Below, one piece after another: positions 19,642 to 29,833 of a DNA stretch of 64,000 nt (positions within the stretch are counted from its first letter, which is position 1; the number at the start of each line of letters is the position of its first letter). The notes under the pieces are model-generated. The model was given only the letters and a program-made list of their open reading frames with translations. It made no database searches and was not told the origin of the DNA. The position numbers and the translations under genes are program-made. The stretch lies in contig CM000429.1 of NCBI GenBank assembly GCA_000165345.1, forward strand, positions 352,001 through 416,000, written 5' to 3'.

Positions 19642-20829
19642 TTAATGCAAGAAGTTATCCACAATACTTGTGGGGTTGTTAATGTTAGGTGGTTGCATAG
19701 GCTGTTTCATGGGAGACATGGTTTGCCTGATCTCTTCTAATATATTTGCGTGGCCATTAATGACGTCAACATTAAGCTGTGAGGACTGATGCTTTAGTAG
19801 AATGCTCCAATGAGAGTCTAAAATTTGTGATTGAACTGAAATCATACCGCTTTCAGTATGGCTATTTTTAGTTCTTAGAATAGAATTTAGTAGTTGATAG
19901 GAGTGCTGGTTGGGATTTAAAGTGATAGACGAGTCTATGGGCATAGATATAGAAACGATTGTGTTAGTGTTTACAGGGCACAATTTTGAAAGGGTTTCTC
20001 TGTCAGCATATAACAATCCTTGCTCTTGCCCTACCTGAATAAGCTCCTGAATCGAATCTTTGATTTTTGATATAGCTTGTTCCAGCTCTAATTGAGACTT
20101 TGTGTAAAAGATAATATTTTCATCATTCTCTTCATCTTGCAAAAGTCCAGAGCTCATATCCATATTAAGCTTATAAATATTATGCCTAGGTTTAGTGAAT
20201 AATCCTACTGCTTCAAGTACATTAGTAATATCGTAAAGCCTTCTTCTAGGCACCCCGAGTTTATTTTCTACACTTTGTAGATCAATTTCATATTTTGGGC
20301 TTTGTTTTGCATATTCAATAACCTTTTCAGTAAGTAATAATAAACCACTTTCTGCTCTAGATTGTTCAGAACCTAATTGAGGGCTTTGTCTAGAAGTTAG
20401 TGATGGCGATAAACTCCTCGGAGAGCTAGACGGGCTATTTGAATAATAAGGAGAAGACTGATGATATGAATTTGGAGAATATGGGTAGTTCATATGTGGC
20501 GGCGGCGAAGTCGATGATCTCCTAATATTTGAAGAATTCCGACTTGCTCTTGCAGGACCAGACTGTATTGGAGGGATATCACTAATTAAATTTCTAGATG
20601 GAATGTTAGTCAAAGATGAACTTTTCATCATTGTATATCCAGAAACACAACTGCTTTCACTAAAAATGCTGTCAGATCTATATAGCATACCTGCATTATT
20701 TACTGGGTTGTCATTGTATAACAAAATATTTTCTTCAAAGTTTGGAGAGTTAATTGGCGAATAATCGTATTGTTGAATGTAAGAGCCATCCTGGAGTGTT
20801 CCCAACTCGCCTTGTTGGCTGTGCTGCAT
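19642..20829 (-). CDS. E2F: E2F-family transcription factor with a winged-helix E2F/DP DNA-binding domain.
   Basis: LLTEKVIEYAKQSPKYEIDLQSVENKLGVPRRRLYDITNVLEAVGLFTKPRHNIYKL contains the RRRxYDITNVLEGI signature of the E2F DNA-binding domain (nt ~20154-20346). The N-terminus is Ser/Pro/Tyr-rich and low-complexity. Confidence 0.8.
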   Translation of the reverse strand: MQHSQQGELGTLQDGSYIQQYDYSPINSPNFEENILLYNDNPVNNAGMLYRSDSIFSESSCVSGYTMMKSSSLTNIPSRNLISDIPPIQSGPARASRNSSNIRRSSTSPPPHMNYPYSPNSYHQSSPYYSNSPSSSPRSLSPSLTSRQSPQLGSEQSRAESGLLLLTEKVIEYAKQSPKYEIDLQSVENKLGVPRRRLYDITNVLEAVGLFTKPRHNIYKLNMDMSSGLLQDEENDENIIFYTKSQLELEQAISKIKDSIQELIQVGQEQGLLYADRETLSKLCPVNTNTIVSISMPIDSSITLNPNQHSYQLLNSILRTKNSHTESGMISVQSQILDSHWSILLKHQSSQLNVDVINGHANILEEIRQTMSPMKQPMQPPNINNPTSIVDNFLH

Positions 20830-21206
20830 TGGCTACTTTAATTTTTACTCAAATTTGAACTATCCTATAAAATCTTAAATTATTAGCCCTAACCGCTGTT
20901 CTCTAAATTGACCTGTGCAAAACGAATTTGCGAGGAGCGCCAGAAATAAGGCGCCTTGGTGCTTTTTGCGGTTAATGTAAATTTAGCCCCAATATAAGGT
21001 TTAGTAGCAATTAATTTGAGCAAATTTTTTACTTCAGAGAATAATTTTTTTGCAGTAAATAATATTGACTGCACTCATTGATTATATCGCTCAATTCTGA
21101 TATAGTTTGTTTGGAAAGGCGAGGCCTACTTAATTGGTTTCTCATTTTAGGGAGAGGGGCTAAAAGAATTAGACAACAGTTTCTATTCCGAATTTAGCTG
21201 GTAAAA

Positions 21207-22955
21207 ATGTCATCTTCACGTTCAAACTCGCCATATGATACAGATAGGCATAGAGGAAACTATGAATGGGAGGATAATGATAGAAGGAGAGTTGCAGATA
21301 ATGAGGGGCGCAGAGATCGCGACTTTGACAGTGAAAGAGGAAGAAGGCGTGAGCACTATGGAGGAAGAGATAGAAGAAGAGATTTCAGAAGAAGATCAGT
21401 AGAGAACTCAAGAGGTGGGAGGCATAGGGATGATGAAAACATGGATAAGGGTAAAAATGATGATCAGAATAATTCTCAATGGGAGCGTGAACGCGAAAAA
21501 GAAAGAGACAGAGATAGGGAAAGAGATAGAGAAAGAGATAGAGATAGAGATAGAGATAGAGATAGAGATAGAGATAGAGATAGAGAAAGAGATAGAGAAA
21601 GAGATAGAGAAAGAGATAGAGAAAGAGATAGAGATAGAGAAAGAGATAGAGATAGAGAAAGAGATAGGGAACGAGATAGGGATAGGTACAAAGAAAAAAT
21701 TAAAGATAGAGGATATATGGAAAAGAAGCGATCAAAAGGTTATCGATCAAAAAGGAGATCATCTTCTGTATCTTCAGATGACTCAGATTTGCCCCCAAGG
21801 AGATACAGAGAATTCAAAAGCAGAAATAGGAGGCGTAGAAGAAGTGTTTCTAGCTCTAGGTCATCTAGTGAGGTAAGCAGTTCTTCTGAATATGAAAGGC
21901 GCGACAGAAACTACGAAAGAGGCCGTGGAAGAGATAGGGATCGTTACAAAAGAAGCCGAAGAAATTATTCTTCTGATGAATCTTCTCCTGAGCGAGCCTA
22001 CAGACACAGGGAAAACAAGTATAGTAAAAAACATAAAAACTATTATTCTGAATCAGGATCTAGCTCTGATTCAGAAATCGATCGATCTGGACATAAGAGG
22101 CGCCATGAACCAGACAATTACGACTGGAAAGATAGATCAAAAGACTTTCATGTAGATATCCAAGAGGAAAACCATTCATCAAAGAAATGGCAGCCAGCCT
22201 CTAGCAGCTCAGTTGAGAAAGAAGGATCCGGCTACACTTCAAAGAATAATGTAGATACTTCCAGGAATAATACTAATGTTGAACTGAATAATTACAATTC
22301 AAGTTATGAAGAAGGCATCCCAGAAAACTCCACATGTGTGACTCTTTGTGAGAGGTTAATGGATATTAGAAATATGAGCGAGCCTCAAAGATGTAATAAG
22401 TCAATTGCCAAACTTCTAGATTTGATCCTTGACAATAGCGACGAATTTTTGGCTGAAGATACTGCTGGGAGAGAGCTCACTAAACAACAATTTATTACAT
22501 GGTTTGTAATAAACCAGCAAAATGGTCCCTCTATTGCTGATTCTGAAGTTACATCTTCCAAAATGGAAAATAGGAGGCAAAGGTTTACTAGGGTGAACAA
22601 AAGATTGTTTACCGAGATATCCTCTTCTGAATCATATTCGTTAGACTTTGAAGAATTAAGGGACAAAGAATCTGATGAAACTATTAATACTCAAATAGTC
22701 CTTTATGGATGCAAAAAAGGAAAGCTAATAAGAGTTTATGTTATTAAAGACAAGGATGACCTTACTATGAAGGATAACATATCTCTTAACAAGCTAAAAA
22801 GTCATAAGATTTTTGCTGTTTTTCTTAGATACTTACAAAAGAAAGGAATAAAATACCCGCGTAATAACTACGGAAATGATGAGGACCAAAATCCACATTT
22901 TGACGGGGTCTTTCACTACTACGACTTTGTCAACAATCAAAATATAATAGAGTAA
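21207..22955 (+). CDS. SR-related protein with long (RD/RE)n and RS-rich low-complexity regions and a structured C-terminal domain of unknown type.
   Basis: N-terminal [30 protein letters not shown], then about 60 RD/RE dipeptides, then [11 protein letters not shown] and [27 protein letters not shown]. The C-terminal ~180 aa is non-repetitive. Confidence 0.65.
   Translation: MSSSRSNSPYDTDRHRGNYEWEDNDRRRVADNEGRRDRDFDSERGRRREHYGGRDRRRDFRRRSVENSRGGRHRDDENMDKGKNDDQNNSQWEREREKERDRDRERDRERDRDRDRDRDRDRDRDRERDRERDRERDRERDRDRERDRDRERDRERDRDRYKEKIKDRGYMEKKRSKGYRSKRRSSSVSSDDSDLPPRRYREFKSRNRRRRRSVSSSRSSSEVSSSSEYERRDRNYERGRGRDRDRYKRSRRNYSSDESSPERAYRHRENKYSKKHKNYYSESGSSSDSEIDRSGHKRRHEPDNYDWKDRSKDFHVDIQEENHSSKKWQPASSSSVEKEGSGYTSKNNVDTSRNNTNVELNNYNSSYEEGIPENSTCVTLCERLMDIRNMSEPQRCNKSIAKLLDLILDNSDEFLAEDTAGRELTKQQFITWFVINQQNGPSIADSEVTSSKMENRRQRFTRVNKRLFTEISSSESYSLDFEELRDKESDETINTQIVLYGCKKGKLIRVYVIKDKDDLTMKDNISLNKLKSHKIFAVFLRYLQKKGIKYPRNNYGNDEDQNPHFDGVFHYYDFVNNQNIIE
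21500..21690 (+). repeat. Hexanucleotide (GAGATA/GAGAAA)n microsatellite encoding (RD/RE)n.
   Basis: Direct visual repeat agagatagagatagagat... The antisense frame gives (LS)n, which explains the spurious 21476..21691 ORF. Confidence 0.9.
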
Positions 22956-23100
22956 TCTTTAGATGGCATTCGCTGATATAATTTTCACTAATATTGTTTT
23001 TTTTTTATAAGACTATTCGATAAAGCTCAGTCGTTAAATATATAAATTAGTATCTATAAAAGTTTGTGCTAAAATAATATATATAGTATTTTGAAGTATT

Positions 23101-25893
23101 TCAACGTTTCGAGTCCAAATTGGAGGCTCCTGAAACGACCATAACACTATAGCTAATGTTGGAATCATTATTTAGAACATTATTTGTTAAACTGCTAGCC
23201 GCTGTTGCTGCATAGCTTGCATTACTGCCGTTCTTACCATTACCCGATTGCTGTTTTAATCCCTTTGACTGAATACTCGACGATACACTAGACCCGCCGC
23301 TTGTGGAAGATGTAAATGTAGAAGTCGAAGTTGCTGTCAAATTCCCCGATGGAATCGTAACATTATTCACAGTGGGCAACTGCGCTGCGGACTGGTATTG
23401 GGATTGAGACTGAGCTTGAGACTGAGATTGGGATTGCCCTTGGTTTTGATTAGCAACCTCAGAATTCCCATTTGAAAGAGTAGGATGGCGTAGTTTGCCA
23501 TCTCTTGTCCTTAATTCAGCTTCACCATGAGCAAACTTACAATCTGCCTCTAACCAGCAATAGCCACGCATCCAGTGCCTGCAGAGTGCTCTTTTGTAAT
23601 TGTAAGGTTCTCCATGAGCACCAAGAGCAGTTGATGAATCTTCGTCTGTATTAACCGACAATAAATTATTAGAGCTATCATTACTAATGTTCGACATATC
23701 GCTATTAACTGATGCCTGATTTTCAGATCTCCCAGTGCTTGATGAAGTTGTAGTCACACCTCCGCTATTGCTATCATTTTTATGTAGAACTGCGTCAATA
23801 TAGGACACATTTCCTGTTGAAATATTCAAATTTCCCACAACCCCGGGTTTTCCAGAGTTAATTGTATTTTGCTTCGAGTTATTTGCAGAAAGAGCACTAC
23901 CTATATTTAAATTATTTCTGATTGAACCTTCATTTCTCACCCCCATCATGGAGATCAATTTAGGGTTTGAACCAGTTGAGGGGTTATTATTATTAATGTT
24001 CTGGTTTGAGCCTGAAGTGGAAATGCTGGATAGTTTTGGACTATTTGACGAATTCAAGCATTCATTTTGTTGGGAGTTCCCCGTATTTAGCCCATTATTA
24101 TTATTGATGCTAGATGTAACACTAGATATCTTCGTTGAGTCTTTGGATGATGGTATCTGCTTAATTAATGCACTTGTTAATGGAGGAAACGCAGAACTAT
24201 TAAATAACTGTGTATTGGTATTGGTGTCATTAATTGAGCTATTAATATTATTTGAACCGCTGTCCTCATTAATAGCAATCAAGTGGTTATCCATATTAGA
24301 GCCAATTTGCAAGTCTCTATTCTCTAACTTGTTTTCAGTGAGGTTAGAGCCATTAATATATGCCTCATTGACACCACTTTCCACTGAAATTCCGTCTCCT
24401 TCCCCTGTGCATGCATTATTATCTGAATTATCCAAGGGCTTCATATTTTGGTGGCTGCTTAAGGTAGCCCCACCATTATTGCTTCTATTATTTCTCTCGT
24501 TGATATTTACATTGTTGATATGCTCACTGATTAACATATTGTTTTTGTTTTGTGAGTCGCAAATAACTTGGTTTTGCGAATTAATATCAAATCCTAATCC
24601 AAGACAAAACCTTTGAAAATCAACATCGACGGATGTAGTAGATGGTATAATGCCGTTGTGATTATTTGCCTGGTTAAATGAATTCATACTATTGCATGCC
24701 ATTGGATTTTGAACGGTCCAAGTATATATAGAATTATTTTGGTAAATATCTGATGCATTATTTGAAATACTTATTAAGTTTGGTGCCGTAGTATTAAAAG
24801 AGCTAACATTAATGCCTGGTTGATATAAGTTGTCTTTATTTCCTTCATTAATCAAGTCGCATACCTTTTTATCAGTTTCTATAATAGAATTTCTCGTCTC
24901 ACTCAAATTGTTCATTGCGCCGTTGACAATCTTAGAATTTTGTCCATTATTCAGTATGCCATTAGCTCCGTTGTTACACTGTTTCATATGATTTATATTG
25001 GTATTTGTATCAGAAATACCTTCCGTATTGGAGCAATTCATATTTGGATTTAAGTTGTTGCTATTAATATTGTTATCATAAGAGTTAAAATCATGCAAAA
25101 ACCCATTAGATGGAGAATAACCACCACTTGTAGACATCCAAGGATCTGATATAAACGAGCCATTAGTGGAACTTCCCGTAGTATTATGGTTTACTGTGTT
25201 GTTCTGCAATGCTACAGAATTGTGCGAATGGTTCCAAAATCCATCATTAAGCACTCCGCCAAATGGCGATGGCTGAGAATTTGGAATATTTACATTAGGA
25301 GTGCCAACACCTACATTAATCGAGTTCATTCCGCAAACGACACCAGGAATGGAATTCCCCCTCATATATATAAAGCTATCTTGATTAAATCCCTCTCCGG
25401 CACTGGTACTATTACTTTTATAATAAGGAGATGTAGCGCATGTACTAGAGCTACTTGATTGAAATCCTGGATTACAAATGGCAGTAAGGTTTTGTGGTAG
25501 CCAACAAGAAAGATCAAGTGGTAATCCGCCTCCAACTGAAGATAGACAGTTAGTATTGGAGCTAGATCCATTTGGTATAGCAGTAGCTGACACAATCGCC
25601 GCTGGATTCACAGAGTTTATTACACCATTCATAGATATACCAGGATTATTTATAGATATTGACAATTTCTGTCCCTTGTTATTACCTTTAAAAAAACAAA
25701 ATGGGCAGCTTCCGTTATTCTTGTTAATTAATTCATCCTTATAGCAATCTTCACAAACAACTTGCTGGCAACACTGAAGAACTACTCCCGGAATATTATT
25801 CGATATGCCAATTTGTCTTAAACATAATGAACAATCATTTTCTATCTCTGTCAAAGACCATAAAAAAGTGTCATTCGCTGAATCTGTATCCAT
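23101..25893 (-). CDS. RING-finger plus CCCH zinc-finger protein with very long Asn/Ser-rich low-complexity regions (930 aa).
   Basis: N-terminal C3HC4-like cluster CSLCLRQIG...CCQQVVCEDCYKDEL...CPFC (nt ~25683-25836). Near the C-terminus, YKRALCRHWMRGYCWLEADCKFAHG is a C-x8-C-x5-C-x3-H finger (nt ~23520-23600). There is a QSQSQSQAQSQSQ repeat. Confidence 0.7.
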   Translation of the reverse strand: MDTDSANDTFLWSLTEIENDCSLCLRQIGISNNIPGVVLQCCQQVVCEDCYKDELINKNNGSCPFCFFKGNNKGQKLSISINNPGISMNGVINSVNPAAIVSATAIPNGSSSNTNCLSSVGGGLPLDLSCWLPQNLTAICNPGFQSSSSSTCATSPYYKSNSTSAGEGFNQDSFIYMRGNSIPGVVCGMNSINVGVGTPNVNIPNSQPSPFGGVLNDGFWNHSHNSVALQNNTVNHNTTGSSTNGSFISDPWMSTSGGYSPSNGFLHDFNSYDNNINSNNLNPNMNCSNTEGISDTNTNINHMKQCNNGANGILNNGQNSKIVNGAMNNLSETRNSIIETDKKVCDLINEGNKDNLYQPGINVSSFNTTAPNLISISNNASDIYQNNSIYTWTVQNPMACNSMNSFNQANNHNGIIPSTTSVDVDFQRFCLGLGFDINSQNQVICDSQNKNNMLISEHINNVNINERNNRSNNGGATLSSHQNMKPLDNSDNNACTGEGDGISVESGVNEAYINGSNLTENKLENRDLQIGSNMDNHLIAINEDSGSNNINSSINDTNTNTQLFNSSAFPPLTSALIKQIPSSKDSTKISSVTSSINNNNGLNTGNSQQNECLNSSNSPKLSSISTSGSNQNINNNNPSTGSNPKLISMMGVRNEGSIRNNLNIGSALSANNSKQNTINSGKPGVVGNLNISTGNVSYIDAVLHKNDSNSGGVTTTSSSTGRSENQASVNSDMSNISNDSSNNLLSVNTDEDSSTALGAHGEPYNYKRALCRHWMRGYCWLEADCKFAHGEAELRTRDGKLRHPTLSNGNSEVANQNQGQSQSQSQAQSQSQYQSAAQLPTVNNVTIPSGNLTATSTSTFTSSTSGGSSVSSSIQSKGLKQQSGNGKNGSNASYAATAASSLTNNVLNNDSNISYSVMVVSGASNLDSKR

Positions 25894-26302
25894 AGCAGCT
25901 TGAAGGTTTTATACTCTCATCCCCAATATGATTGCCTAATATAATATAAGATTTGCTCTGAAAGCGTTTTTTAATTATAAAACAACTCTCGTTTTCTTTT
26001 TTTTATTTTGGACGATTTTCCCCTTCTCCCTCTTAATAGAATAATATTAAACCTTCTATAGTCAATTCTTAACTGCTAAGCTAATAATACTTAGATTGAC
26101 GGTATTATTATAGGCTATTATTGATTGTTGTCTGGCTGTCTATACCTTTTTGCGCTTTAAACCTTTCCCCCTTAATACACGTACGTAGAAAGACGTATAC
26201 CCACAACTTTCTATTTTACTTTCACTTTCCTCATTCTATTTTCTTAGTCCACTAACAATTTAATGCCCCTTAAATTAACAAGGTCATATGTATTGTCTCC
26301 CA

Positions 26303-26322
26303 CCGCCCATTTGGATGGGCGG
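26303..26322. promoter_or_regulatory. Perfect 8+4+8 palindrome CCGCCCAT-ttgg-ATGGGCGG in the ~900 bp spacer upstream of the RING-CCCH gene and the 26790 gene.
   Basis: The arms are exact reverse complements. It is a GC-rich island in AT-rich intergenic DNA. Confidence 0.4.
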
Positions 26323-26789
26323 CACCATAATTTTAGAAAGTTTAATTGTGACTGAATTTTTATTGACTGCTATAGATGCCCTCCTTTACTGTATGGCTTC
26401 GAAAATATTCGATAGTGCGTGCTAATCCAACCCTTGAATTCCCTGTTAGGATTCCCAAATATGTACATTTCTGTTATAGGCTACTGCTCTTCATTACTTT
26501 GATTTCTTAGCTTCGCATTCTCTACAATATAATTTATACAAGTTCATTATTGGCGCTCACAAAAGCTCCATCAGAGAGGCGCGGATTGACTGTTTTCAAC
26601 TTGACAGTTTGTGGAAATCAATAGTCAGACCGCACCGTTCATTAAAGGCAGCAATTGAACTCGACTTAGAGTTGAATCGAAACTGATCCTTCTCATTCAT
26701 TTGTATACTGTGAATACGAATATGAGATTTTGACTGCTTTACATTAAAATTTTTGCAAGTTAATAAGGTATCGTGATTATTTGGCTTCA

Positions 26790-27368
26790 ATGTTGTCTAT
26801 TTCTCCAATTCGCGGAAATAAAAAAGGCGTTCTACGAATGCCGAATAGTGAGGTAAAGGAAAGAAGCAAACCTAAGTGCTCTGTTGCGTTCTGTGAGACG
26901 GTCGAATTTAGAACTGTTTATGTAACTAAACAAGAGAGACTAGGTCAGTTTTATGACCTAACTCATTGGGATTTCATTAATGAAGACAATCAAGAGCATA
27001 CACAAAACCTTATTGCAGACTTTGCAGCAACATGCATTCCTCTCAAGGATTCAGATGAATCAACTGGAAATCGGAAAATAAAGAGGTTATTCTGGAACTA
27101 CAACGACGAGAATTGCTGTAATAACTTTACTATTTCTTGGCTTAATTCATGCTCTAACGAAGAATCCAGTTTCAGCACTGAAATGGATCAGGACTCAATA
27201 TTTCATCATTTTGAAGATAGTTATTCGAACGAAATCGAATACGATCAACAAGATGTAACATTCCAAGAATTTGATGCTGACTTCAATTGTGAGGAATTTG
27301 AAGACAGTTTAGACGATGATTATTTTATTGAAAGCGAAGAAATTAGTATTAGTATTAGCTACAAATGA
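26790..27368 (+). CDS. Hypothetical acidic protein of 192 aa.
   Basis: The track ORF starts at TTG 26781, and the first ATG is at 26790. The C-terminal half is strongly acidic (DDDYFIESEE). Confidence 0.4.
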   Translation: MLSISPIRGNKKGVLRMPNSEVKERSKPKCSVAFCETVEFRTVYVTKQERLGQFYDLTHWDFINEDNQEHTQNLIADFAATCIPLKDSDESTGNRKIKRLFWNYNDENCCNNFTISWLNSCSNEESSFSTEMDQDSIFHHFEDSYSNEIEYDQQDVTFQEFDADFNCEEFEDSLDDDYFIESEEISISISYK

Positions 27369-27755
27369 GTCTATCTGATCGATTTATCACAATCTATTCA
27401 GTTAAAATATATGATGTTTATATATACTATACTAGAAAAAGTAAGGATTGGTTTTTAATTTATGTAGTAAGAAAAAAGCGAAAGTTTGGATATGTTGATA
27501 TGGCTTATTACGTAAAGGATTCATTTACAACATAGGAATTCATCTTTGGTCAATATTCGAAGCTAAGCCACAGTAATTACTATATTTTTTTATTTGCTTG
27601 TGGCAACTTCAATGACAGAATATTGCGGCTTTTAAAGGCATAAAATTTCCTCCCGCTTAAAGACAAACTTTTAAATTAAGTGTTATGAACAAATTCCTTT
27701 CAATTTTGTAAATTAGGTAGATTTGGATTTTCTACATATTACTGTATTTGGTTCG

Positions 27756-28109
27756 ATGGTAGATTCAGAAGTGACAATTTTTGATAGAATAGTTAGTGGG
27801 GAGATACCATGCAGGAAAATTTATGAAGATGATTTATGTATTTCCTTTCATGACATTAACCCTGTAGCACCAGTACACGCATTGCTAGTTCCGAAAAAGA
27901 GGAGTGGTCTAACAAGGCTTAGCAAAGCTACTGAAACACACAAGGAAATATTGGGGCACCTAATGACCAAAGTTCCGGTAGTTGCCAAACTTTTAGATCT
28001 AGATGACTTTAGAATTGTAATTAATGATGGCGAGAGTTCATGTCAAACAGTATTCCATTTACATATCCACATACTAGGTGGTCGTAACTTTACATGGCCA
28101 CCAGGTTAA
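27756..28109 (+). CDS. HINT: Histidine triad nucleotide-binding protein (HINT/HIT family), 117 aa.
   Basis: The track ORF starts at TTG 27723, and the first ATG is at 27756. It aligns with HINT1 (TIFDRIVSGEIPCRKIYEDDLCISFHDINPVAPVHALLVPKK) and carries the histidine-triad motif HLHIHILGG. Confidence 0.85.
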   Translation: MVDSEVTIFDRIVSGEIPCRKIYEDDLCISFHDINPVAPVHALLVPKKRSGLTRLSKATETHKEILGHLMTKVPVVAKLLDLDDFRIVINDGESSCQTVFHLHIHILGGRNFTWPPG

Positions 28110-28180
28110 GTATTTAATTTAACATTTATTCTCTTTAGCAATTACGATCTCGTATTTTAGTATTTTTGTCTTAATTTGAT

Positions 28181-28198
28181 GGGGGGGGGGTGCATGCA
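28181..28198. promoter_or_regulatory. G10 tract immediately followed by TGCATGCA, about 100 bp upstream of the 28290 gene.
   Basis: gggggggggg (28181-28190) followed by tgcatgca (28191-28198). This is a G-box plus the AP2-type palindrome. Confidence 0.4.
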
Positions 28199-28289
28199 TC
28201 TTCTCTTTGCCCCCTCATGTTTGTTTTACGTCCAGTTAGGAAATGTAGTTGATCTTTAAATTATTACTCATTTGGTTTGTATTTTTCAA

Positions 28290-29687
28290 ATGATAATGGA
28301 GCACGACTCAAATTATGGATGTTCTGGCGAAAATGGTAGGATATATGCTAGTGTGGGATATGAATCCTGTAGCGGAGGCATCACAGAAGGTAATTTGCAG
28401 GTTTCTCATTCTAATCAGCACATAAATATTGATGATATTAGAAACATTAGCCCTCAAAAATTAATTTGTGAGAACTCATCTTGTTTTAATAATAATGATA
28501 ATAATAATTTGTACGAACCTGTAAATTTGACAAATTCATTTATGGATCATAGAGAATCAGGCTCGTTGCCTACTGTTAGGAGAAACTCTATGAGAGGAAG
28601 AAGGAGGTATAGAAGAACACTATTAAGAAACTATGAGCAACCTCTTGGACAAAACTCTCATGGAAATCAAACTTATATAGAGCATTGCGATGACTTTGAA
28701 TCAAATAATCAGAGACGTGTATATTTAAGAAATCCAAACATTGGGGGAGCAAACGGAGGAATGAACTATTCTAGTTTTAAGTTCAATAGTAATTTTGACA
28801 ATTATTCAAAGGTTTCAAAACCTTCTTGGGATGGAGGCAGATTAGTCAAGCTTTTACAAGGGCATGGTTTAAATATAGAAAATTATGAAAAAGAGAACAA
28901 ATGCCTCTTAAACAAAAGTTGGGGTTCCAAACAAATAAATACTCAGAATAGTCAATTAGGTAGTATTAGTAACAATAGAGATTTTAGTACTTCTGCAGTT
29001 TTAAATGGCCAAAGTTACGTTCAGTTAAGCCATATATATCACGGAGTCAATTTAAAAGTTTGTGATGTCGTTGAGCACCAAAAAATATCGAATACGAAGA
29101 ATATACAGAGTCTCCCTTCATATGCAAATGATCAAAAGGATAGTTTTGGGTTATGCCACAAAGAGACTTTAATTCATGAAGGAAACCCGTTAAACCAGAT
29201 TAATCATTTAGAAAAAAAAGTATTTCTCCAAGATAACCTTACAGAAGGTGATTCAATATCAAATGAAAGCCTTGAAACTCAAAAAACAGATAGATTTGCA
29301 CTAGTTTCTTCTTTCGAAAATCAGCATTTATTAAAATCAAATCAAAATATTGAAGATTCCAGCAATATAATTGGAATCACTCATAAAAACTCTCTCTTCA
29401 ACCTTTATGAAAGTTCTAAAGAATCTGACTTTAATTCTGAAAGAAAATACAGTATAACTTCTCTTATACCTGGTATGGATAAACAAGTAGTAAATATTGA
29501 TAATCAGCTGTCGTTTAATATGGAAGAACATGAAAGCGAGCACGCTTCAAATTCTACTTATTGTGATTTAAATCATTCATTATATAATATTTCTCAAGAA
29601 GAACTTTTTATTACTCTTGGAGATACCCCAACATCAAAATCTAACTATAACATTTCAACTATTTTCGTTCCAAATCAAGATTCATGA
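28290..29687 (+). CDS. Hypothetical Asn/Ser-rich protein of 465 aa.
   Basis: The track ORF starts at TTG 28272, and the first ATG is at 28290 (MIMEHDSNYG). It is a long ORF in the local codon style with no recognisable domain. Confidence 0.45.
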   Translation: MIMEHDSNYGCSGENGRIYASVGYESCSGGITEGNLQVSHSNQHINIDDIRNISPQKLICENSSCFNNNDNNNLYEPVNLTNSFMDHRESGSLPTVRRNSMRGRRRYRRTLLRNYEQPLGQNSHGNQTYIEHCDDFESNNQRRVYLRNPNIGGANGGMNYSSFKFNSNFDNYSKVSKPSWDGGRLVKLLQGHGLNIENYEKENKCLLNKSWGSKQINTQNSQLGSISNNRDFSTSAVLNGQSYVQLSHIYHGVNLKVCDVVEHQKISNTKNIQSLPSYANDQKDSFGLCHKETLIHEGNPLNQINHLEKKVFLQDNLTEGDSISNESLETQKTDRFALVSSFENQHLLKSNQNIEDSSNIIGITHKNSLFNLYESSKESDFNSERKYSITSLIPGMDKQVVNIDNQLSFNMEEHESEHASNSTYCDLNHSLYNISQEELFITLGDTPTSKSNYNISTIFVPNQDS

Positions 29688-29833
29688 ATGAAATTTGGAA
29701 TGTCAGTCATTTAAAAATATGCCCAATAGAATTACAAATTAAATACCTAAGATTAATTGTTAATTAGATGTTCAGGAAAGCAAACTAGCCTGATTCTACC
29801 TTCATCTGTTGCGTTTAAAGCAACGCAATAATA

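Noticed and set aside
21415-21876. ORFs 21415..21876(+) (EIEIEI) and 21476..21691(-) (LSLSLS).
   Set aside because: They are other frames of the GAGATA repeat within the SR-like gene. The RD/RE frame is contiguous with the long flanking ORF.
23948-24616. A 222-aa ORF antisense to the RING-CCCH gene.
   Set aside because: It lies wholly inside a longer, motif-bearing CDS on the opposite strand. It has low-complexity composition and is likely spurious.
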